NCBI GenBank assembly: GCA_049604855.1
Contig: JBMYTY010000001.1
Location: forward strand, 1 to 26,243
Direction of reading: 5' to 3'
DNA: 26,243 bases
DNA from: Gammaproteobacteria bacterium
Lineage (GTDB): Bacteria; Pseudomonadota; Gammaproteobacteria; JACKNK01
A program made the translations under genes and the position numbers. Under the pieces are notes generated by a model. The model was not told the origin of the DNA. It made no database searches and saw nothing but the letters and a program-made list of their open reading frames with translations. Position 1 is the first letter of the stretch. Each line of letters opens with the position of its first letter. Positions 20,385 to 26,243 of this stretch are shown here, in pieces.

Positions 20385-21635
20385 TCAGTCCGAACCCTCG
20401 AAGCGGATTCGGATGCGACCCTGGTCCCGCACCAGGAACAGCTGTTTGTAACCGTCGCTGTCATAGTTGTTGGAGCGATAGCTCTGCGCGAATCGGGCGA
20501 CGTAGAGCTCATCGCCGGAGCCAGCACCATCCGGGTAGCGAAGCAGGTTGAGATTCTCGATCGCCACCTTCTGGAACTCCTTGCGCGAGAAGATGCGTTG
20601 TTTGCGATCCGACCAACTGCGCAGATTGTGCCCATCGGCCCAGAAATCCGCGTCGTAGTGCGCGAGATACCGATGGGTATCGAGACTTTCCCAGTCCTGT
20701 CTCCAATCCTCGATCGCACCCATCAGCTCAGCGCGGATCGACTGCCACTGACCCGGTGAGACCCAGGTCAGCGCACGTGCGATCACTACCGGCGTCAGGC
20801 CCGGTTGGAGGTGGGTGCCCACGGCCACCAGATCAGGATTCGGAAGCACCACGCAACCCTCGCTGGCGAGTGGAGGGCGGCTGTAGGTGTCCTCGTCGGT
20901 GCCATGTAGCCAGATGCCGTAGCCGGTCTTGCCCTGTTTGCGATCTAGCGCATTGGGGTAGTTCAGGGTGTAGGCCCCACGGCCATACTTGGACGCGAGT
21001 TTGCGATCAGGGATGAACTTGCGGATGAAATACACGCCCTCGGGTGTCTTCAGATCACCGCGTATCTGTTTGTCACCCTGCGCGCGCCCCGTGCTGATGT
21101 AGTAATCGGCGACCCGCAGCGGGACGCCTTCGTGGTCGCGTTTGAACAGGTAGAGCCGGTTCTCGCTTTTGTCGACCAGAACTGCGTGTTGCGTTGCTTC
21201 GCCAAGATTGAGCAGTTCCACGGGGAGGCGATCGCCGATGCCCGGTGCCTGGCGCGCGCGGATCCGTTGCATGGCTTCGTGGACAAGTCCCTGGAGTGAG
21301 CCATCGGAGGATAGGCCCTGGGCATCGGAGCTCGCGCCGATATCCGCGAAACGACCCGCCTTGGCCAAGAGCAGATCACCCTTCACCAATCGTGCGAGCC
21401 GGAAATTCGGATGGTGGCTCAACAGGTCATCGACTTCGTTCAGCGCCGCATCGACACCGTTGACCTTCAGCGCATGGAGGGCGCGCAGGAGGTGATCTTC
21501 CGGCTTGCGCTCCAGGTGGCGTGCGCCTTCCACCGCGCCGGCCATGGCCGAGGCGCTGGGTGCGGACCAGGCGGATACCGTCGCCATGGCCAACAACAGA
21601 CCGAGTACCAGTTGTTTGTGCATCGTCAGTCTCAT
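20385..21635 (-). CDS. Secreted L,D-transpeptidase-family (YkuD) peptidase with C-terminal NTF2-like domain, Csd6/Pgp2-like (416 aa)
   Basis: Signal peptide; VLVDKS..LYL, GDKQIRGDLKTPEGVY, LNYPN..D, GIWLHG-X14-GCV (His 20904-20906, Cys 20853-20855); C-terminal WRQDWES..YLAHY..F..QSYRSNNY..KQL. ATG 21635 overlaps the upstream stop (ATGA). Confidence 0.88.
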   Translation of the reverse strand: MRLTMHKQLVLGLLLAMATVSAWSAPSASAMAGAVEGARHLERKPEDHLLRALHALKVNGVDAALNEVDDLLSHHPNFRLARLVKGDLLLAKAGRFADIGASSDAQGLSSDGSLQGLVHEAMQRIRARQAPGIGDRLPVELLNLGEATQHAVLVDKSENRLYLFKRDHEGVPLRVADYYISTGRAQGDKQIRGDLKTPEGVYFIRKFIPDRKLASKYGRGAYTLNYPNALDRKQGKTGYGIWLHGTDEDTYSRPPLASEGCVVLPNPDLVAVGTHLQPGLTPVVIARALTWVSPGQWQSIRAELMGAIEDWRQDWESLDTHRYLAHYDADFWADGHNLRSWSDRKQRIFSRKEFQKVAIENLNLLRYPDGAGSGDELYVARFAQSYRSNNYDSDGYKQLFLVRDQGRIRIRFEGSD

Positions 21636-23251
21636 CGCTCGACCCGTTCCGAAACGATACGCCATTCGCTGTTCTCCAGCCCCAATTCAAAAACCTTGGT
21701 CACGGTCGAATGAAACCGATCTGAACGGTAATCCTGCTCGACGCGCACGCGCAGGCGATCGTTGCCAAGCCGTTGAACCCGGAAGCGATCCAGTTCCACA
21801 CGTATGCTCTTCGGCTTGCTCAAGCGCTTGCGTCGAAGCTCAGCCCATGCCGCCCGATTGCCTTTTGGCGCCTTGAAATCCGTACCGTAGAAACTGAGGT
21901 AACTGTCCACATCCTGGGTACTCCAGGCAGCTGCCCAGGCTTCAAGGGTGCCGATGGCCTCGGAATCACGATTGACCTTCGGGGCGGGCTTTGTCTCTGG
22001 TTCGGGAGTGGCCTTCGACGGGCTTGCCGGAACATCCAGGCGCGCCAGGGGAAGAGAGTCGGAGAGGACCGACGCGGATTCGGCTTGATCAGATACGGCC
22101 GTTACCGGCGCGCCCGTCTCCGTAGCGGCTCCGGCCCGGTTTTCGCCTTCCGTGCTCGCGTCGGGCGCAACCGGCTCGGGCGTGCTGACCGGGGGCAGAG
22201 AGGTCAGTGTTGGGTCCGATCCGCTGTTCGCCGCGAACTCATTGCTCGGTACCGACATCACGGGTTCGGCCGCAGTGGCGACGGGGGCCGGGACCCTGGG
22301 CTCGGGACGGGTATCCGGGACAGGGTCGATGGGTGCGGAGAGCTCCGGCTGAACGCGGGCAATACTGATCTTGTTGGAAAGAATCGGATCGTGAACTGAC
22401 GCCTCCGGGCGGGTGTCATGCTCCGGTGGCAGGCGCAACTTCGATACCCGCATGTCCGACGAATCCACGGAATCGGGAAAAGGCGGGCGGGTGCGGGCGG
22501 GACGGTCCGCCTCTCCGGCTGCATCCCTCGAACCGCTTACCGGGGGCTCAGGCGTGGGCTCCTGCGCTTGGACCGCCGCGGCTCTCGACCGGGGAGTTGG
22601 CGCGGTTTGCTCCATGGCCACGACTATGGGAGCCACCTCAATCGTCGCCACCTTTCCAGTCTCGTCCTGGATGGCGGGAACCGGGCGTGGTGATGGCTGC
22701 GCGCCGGTCCGTGGCGCACCGCGCCGCTGATCGGGTCCCATGGCGAGGATCGGGGAAAGCGTTGGGCGGTCCGTCTTGCGTTTCACGTCCAGGGCTTTCG
22801 CGTACTCCGCCCGGGCCTGGGCCTCGAACAGCGCGTTCAGGTTGCCGTACAGGGTGGCGAACTGGGGGTTAGCGGAGATCGCGCGCTCCAGGGTGGTACG
22901 GGCCTTGTCCAGATCTCCCCGGCGGGCATGGATGCGCGCGAGGTTGTTGTAAGGCGCGGGCGCAGCGGGAAACTCATTGATCAGCGATTCCAGCCGCGTG
23001 ATCGCCTCCCGTGATCGCCCGGCCGCATCCAGGGTCAGGGCGTGCAGAAGGCGGAACTGGGCCGAACCCGGATCCGCCTTGAGTTCATCCTTGATGATGC
23101 GCAGCGCCTGCGCGTGATCACCCCGCTCAAGGGCCAGGCGCGCATCCGATGCCGCATCCGCCAGTGACCCGCCCGAAGCCAGGGCGAACGTGATCGCTGC
23201 CGCGGTGCGCGACAGGATCGGCGATATGAGGAACGTCGAAGGGGCTGGCAT
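21632..23251 (-). CDS. Secreted TPR protein with long Pro/Ala/Thr-rich linker and C-terminal NTF2-like domain (539 aa)
   Basis: Probable signal peptide (SLA-D); TPRs (PAPYNNLARIHARRGDLDKARTTLERAISANP); low-complexity linker; C-terminal WAAAWSTQDVDSYLSFY..F..QDYRSDRF..KVFEL..WRIVSE. Confidence 0.85.
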   Translation of the reverse strand: MPAPSTFLISPILSRTAAAITFALASGGSLADAASDARLALERGDHAQALRIIKDELKADPGSAQFRLLHALTLDAAGRSREAITRLESLINEFPAAPAPYNNLARIHARRGDLDKARTTLERAISANPQFATLYGNLNALFEAQARAEYAKALDVKRKTDRPTLSPILAMGPDQRRGAPRTGAQPSPRPVPAIQDETGKVATIEVAPIVVAMEQTAPTPRSRAAAVQAQEPTPEPPVSGSRDAAGEADRPARTRPPFPDSVDSSDMRVSKLRLPPEHDTRPEASVHDPILSNKISIARVQPELSAPIDPVPDTRPEPRVPAPVATAAEPVMSVPSNEFAANSGSDPTLTSLPPVSTPEPVAPDASTEGENRAGAATETGAPVTAVSDQAESASVLSDSLPLARLDVPASPSKATPEPETKPAPKVNRDSEAIGTLEAWAAAWSTQDVDSYLSFYGTDFKAPKGNRAAWAELRRKRLSKPKSIRVELDRFRVQRLGNDRLRVRVEQDYRSDRFHSTVTKVFELGLENSEWRIVSERVER

Positions 23252-23567
23252 CAGGAATATGGAGTGAAGGGGGTGCCGGTGGTGTGAAACAAGGCACCCG
23301 ACGGTCAGCTACGCCTGTGGCACCGGCCCCATGGGCCCGATTCTGCGCTGTGATCGCGGCGCGTTCAATGTCGAAAGATCAGTAAAATCAATCACGAAGG
23401 ACAAAAACCCGGATTTTGCATTAACCCTGATTCGGGAAAAGCCTGCTCTATGCGCACGCCCCATGGCGGCGGCCCCCGGTGTATGCGTGTCCGACCCGGA
23501 GCAGGTTCATGATCGCGACACACTGCTAACATGACCGGTCCGTCCTTTTGCCAGCGTTCCCTGACCG

Positions 23568-24617
23568 ATGACCCAGCCCCGAAAAGCCCTTTCCCTAATA
23601 TCCGGGGGCCTTGATTCACTGCTCGCGACCAAGGTGATCATGGAACAGGGCATCCACGTGGAAGGGGTCAATTTTTATACGGGTTTCTGCGTGGAGGGCC
23701 ATACCCACGCGATCCGCAAAAAGGATCAGGGCAAGGCGAAGCGCAACAACGCGTTGTGGGTCGCCGAGATGCTCGGCATCAAGTTGCACATCGTCGATAT
23801 CGTGGATGAGTACAAGGATGTGGTCATCAACCCCCAGCACGGCTATGGAGCGAACCTCAACCCCTGTCTGGACTGCAAGATCTTCATGGTGTCCAAGGCC
23901 GTCCAGCGCTTGGAGGATTGGGATTTCGATTTCATCATCACCGGGGAGGTCATCGGCCAACGGCCCAAGTCCCAACGCAAGGCCACCATGCCGGTGATCG
24001 CGGATGAGTCCGGTGCCCATGATCGCTTGCTACGCCCCTTGTGCGCCCGCAACCTGGCACCGACCCTACCCGAGCGCGAGGGCTGGGTGGATCGGGAGCG
24101 GCTGTACGATTTTTCCGGTCGCTCGCGGAAACCACAGATGGCCCTGGCCGCCGAGTTCGGGATCGAGGACTACGCGCAACCCGCCGGGGGCTGTTGCTTT
24201 CTCACCGATCCCAACTATTCCAACAAGTTGGCCGACTTGTGGGAAAACCGGGGTGAGCGGCGCTACGAACTGGACGACATCATGTTGCTCAAGGTGGGAC
24301 GCCACCTGCGGCCCCGTCCCAACTTCAAGATCATCCTGGGGCGCGAGGAGGGCGAGAACCGGTTCCTGGAAGGGTATCGGAAGCAGTTCGTACACCTCTT
24401 GCCCGCCAGTCACGCCGGGCCGCTGACGCTCATCGACGGACAGGACCTGACCGAAGCTGACCTTCACCAGGCCGCGCGCACCGCGGCGCGTTTCACCCAG
24501 GGCCGTGATGCGTCGCAAGTGGAGTTCATCCTCAAGGACCCCCATGAAGGGACAGAGAAAACATTGACGGTCGTACCCCTGAGCAGCGATGAGATCCCAA
24601 AGGAGTGGTACCTGTGA
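23568..24617 (+). CDS. PP-loop ATPase, ThiI/MnmA-related sulfurtransferase lacking THUMP, with a probable RNA-binding C-terminal extension (349 aa)
   Basis: ALSLISGGLDS PP-loop, NPCLDCK, ITGEVIGQRPKSQ (cf. ThiI GESLGQVASQ), LRPL, PAGGCC; C-terminal LLKVGRHLR..ILGREEGEN. Confidence 0.85.
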   Translation: MTQPRKALSLISGGLDSLLATKVIMEQGIHVEGVNFYTGFCVEGHTHAIRKKDQGKAKRNNALWVAEMLGIKLHIVDIVDEYKDVVINPQHGYGANLNPCLDCKIFMVSKAVQRLEDWDFDFIITGEVIGQRPKSQRKATMPVIADESGAHDRLLRPLCARNLAPTLPEREGWVDRERLYDFSGRSRKPQMALAAEFGIEDYAQPAGGCCFLTDPNYSNKLADLWENRGERRYELDDIMLLKVGRHLRPRPNFKIILGREEGENRFLEGYRKQFVHLLPASHAGPLTLIDGQDLTEADLHQAARTAARFTQGRDASQVEFILKDPHEGTEKTLTVVPLSSDEIPKEWYL

Positions 24618-24844
24618 AAGATGCCGAACTCCGGGTTGATGCCCGTCGCTTGCTTTGCCCCATGCCGGTGATCCGTGCCCAGGACGCGATCGCTCCCCTG
24701 GAGAAGGGTAGCCGCGTGCGTGTCATCGCCACGGACCCGGGCGTGCTCAATGACATTCCGGCCTGGTGCCGGATCAATGGTCACACCGTGCTGTCCAGTG
24801 AGCAGGACGAGCTTGAGATAGAGATCCTGATCGAAGTGGGCTGA
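24614..24844 (+). CDS. TusA/SirA-family sulfur carrier protein (76 aa)
   Basis: DARRLLCPMPVI (CPxP), ATDPG..DIPAWC..GH. GTG 24614 overlaps the upstream stop (GTGA); AAGGAG 8 nt upstream. True TusA versus a paralog is unresolved. Confidence 0.92.
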   Translation: MKDAELRVDARRLLCPMPVIRAQDAIAPLEKGSRVRVIATDPGVLNDIPAWCRINGHTVLSSEQDELEIEILIEVG

Positions 24845-24872
24845 TCGCCACCACGCGCCGCGGGGAAACGGC

Positions 24873-25916
24873 TCAGTCCATCATCCCCGGCGCATGAAGA
24901 TCGGTCAGCGGCCAGCGCGGATGGGCCTCGATGGCTTCGCCCACCTGCTCGCCCGCCGACAGTCTCAATGCCCCGGCAAACGCGATCATGGCGCCATTGT
25001 CCGTGCAGAACTCCGTACGCGGGTAATAGAGGTGTCCGCCGTAGTCGTCCGCCAGCGCGGACAGGCGTTCGCGCAGACGCCGGTTGGCCCCCACGCCACC
25101 CGCGATCACCAGTTCCGTGAGCTCCGTCTTCTCCATGGCGCGCCGGCACTTGATGGCCATGACATCGACGACGGCGTCCTCAAAGGCGCGGGCGATATCC
25201 GCCTTGTCCTGATCATTGCCCGCCGTCGAGGCCAGGGTGTTGAGGGCGAATGTCTTCAGACCCGAGAAACTCAGATCCAGTCCCGGACGGTCCGTCATGG
25301 GCCGCGGGAATCGGAACCGCTTCGGGTCGCCATCCAGGGCCAGGCGTGCCAGCTCGGGTCCACCCGGGTAGCCCAGCCCCAGGAGCTTGGCGGTCTTGTC
25401 GAAGGCCTCCCCGACGGCATCATCGAGGGTGTCTCCCAATATCTCGTATCGCCCGACACCCCGGACCGCCACGATCATGCTGTGCCCCCCGGATACCAGC
25501 AGGGCGAGAAAGGGAAACTCCGGTGCCGGGTCTTCCAGGAGCGGGGCCAATACATGGCCTTCCATGTGGTGGACGGCCACCGCGGGTACCCCCAGTGACC
25601 AGGCCAGGGCCCGGCCGAGGGAAGCGCCTGTCAGCAGGGCGCCGACCAGGCCGGGACCCGCGGTGTAGGCCACACCGCTCAGCTCAGCGCGCGACACTCC
25701 GGTGGATCTGAGCAGCTCATCGATCAGCGGTGTGAGTTTGCGGATGTGGTCGCGGGAGGCCAGTTCAGGCACCACGCCGCCGTACTCCGAGTGGATCGCC
25801 TGCGTGTAGACGCGGTGCCCGAGAAGGCCGCGCTCGGTGTCGAAGAGCGCGGTGCCGGTTTCGTCGCAGGAGGTTTCGATGCCTAGGGTGATGGTTCGGG
25901 TCAACGTGGGATTCAA
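24873..25916 (-). CDS. tsaD: tRNA t6A37 threonylcarbamoyltransferase TsaD
   Basis: [69 protein letters not shown]. Start is TTG 25916 or 25904. Confidence 0.98.
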   Translation of the reverse strand: MNPTLTRTITLGIETSCDETGTALFDTERGLLGHRVYTQAIHSEYGGVVPELASRDHIRKLTPLIDELLRSTGVSRAELSGVAYTAGPGLVGALLTGASLGRALAWSLGVPAVAVHHMEGHVLAPLLEDPAPEFPFLALLVSGGHSMIVAVRGVGRYEILGDTLDDAVGEAFDKTAKLLGLGYPGGPELARLALDGDPKRFRFPRPMTDRPGLDLSFSGLKTFALNTLASTAGNDQDKADIARAFEDAVVDVMAIKCRRAMEKTELTELVIAGGVGANRRLRERLSALADDYGGHLYYPRTEFCTDNGAMIAFAGALRLSAGEQVGEAIEAHPRWPLTDLHAPGMMD

Positions 25917-26010
25917 CGGTAGCTGCGGGGAATGGGCCGGGGAGCGTGGCGGGGGGCTCGCGGACCACGGCCGTGTGGGAACCGGCGTGATTGCCGGGTA
26001 CGACGTACAA

Positions 26011-26016
26011 ATTGTA
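26011..26016 (-). promoter_or_regulatory. Candidate -10 for tsaD (TACAAT)
   Basis: The reverse complement of ATTGTA is TACAAT, about 95 bp upstream of tsaD. The -35 is poor (TTTCGT at 16 bp). Confidence 0.35.
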
Positions 26017-26053
26017 ACGATGGAAGGCGGAGACGAAATCCGCGGCGGGCCCT

Positions 26054-26082
26054 TTGCATTGACCGCCCGACACCATTAGAAT
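26054..26082 (+). promoter_or_regulatory. Sigma70 promoter of rpsU with GC-rich discriminator
   Basis: TTGCAT (26054-26059), 17 bp, TAGAAT (26077-26082), then TTGCGCCC. Confidence 0.8.
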
Positions 26083-26154
26083 TTGCGCCCTTTTTTCAGT
26101 CCGACCCGCGCCGAAAACCACTTCCGGCGAGAACAAACCAGAGACCCGCTCTAC

Positions 26155-26243
26155 ATGCCCAGCGTCAAAATCCGCGAAAACGAGCCCTTCGAGGTCGCTC
26201 TGCGCCGCTTCAAGCGTTCCTGTGAGAAGGCCGGCATCATGAC
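26155..26243 (+). CDS. rpsU: 30S ribosomal protein S21, N-terminal part (runs off window edge)
   Basis: Not in the ORF track. Manual translation: [29 protein letters not shown]. Divergent from tsaD, as is canonical. Confidence 0.97.
   Translation, partial: MPSVKIRENEPFEVALRRFKRSCEKAGIM

Noticed and set aside
23318-23332. TGGCAC resembling a sigma54 -24 element
   Set aside because: No TTGC -12 element at the required spacing.
23378-23395. ATCAG-TAAA-ATCAA-TCAC resembling an FNR or IHF site
   Set aside because: Only the right FNR half-site is present and the IHF TTR element is absent.
23331-23619. Small ORFs (67 and 75 aa) in the gap between the TPR and PP-loop genes
   Set aside because: No RBS or motifs; the region looks like a divergent promoter.

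Overview
This is the replication-origin region of a GC-rich gammaproteobacterium with a Pseudomonas-like gene order. Left arm (minus strand): rpmH-rnpA-yidC-mnmE-mnmG-rsmG-parA-parB-atpI-atpB', with no yidD. Centre (plus strand): dnaA-[probable oriC: DnaA boxes, trio-like repeats, AT-rich DUE]-dnaN-[intrinsic terminator]-recF-gyrB, with two parS palindromes inside recF. Right side: gmhB-glyS-glyQ (minus), an uncharacterised membrane/coiled-coil protein, a coupled TPR+NTF2-like / Csd6-Pgp2-like L,D-peptidase pair, a coupled THUMP-less ThiI-like PP-loop ATPase / TusA pair, tsaD and the start of rpsU. I found no rRNA, tRNA, CRISPR array or mobile element. The most interesting signals are: a putative peptidoglycan-remodelling module whose two proteins share a C-terminal NTF2-like domain; a candidate TusA-fed Fe-S RNA thiolase; a near-consensus LexA box on the gmhB promoter; and a parS site sitting on the gyrB promoter. 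All family assignments come from motif recognition by eye, not database searches.
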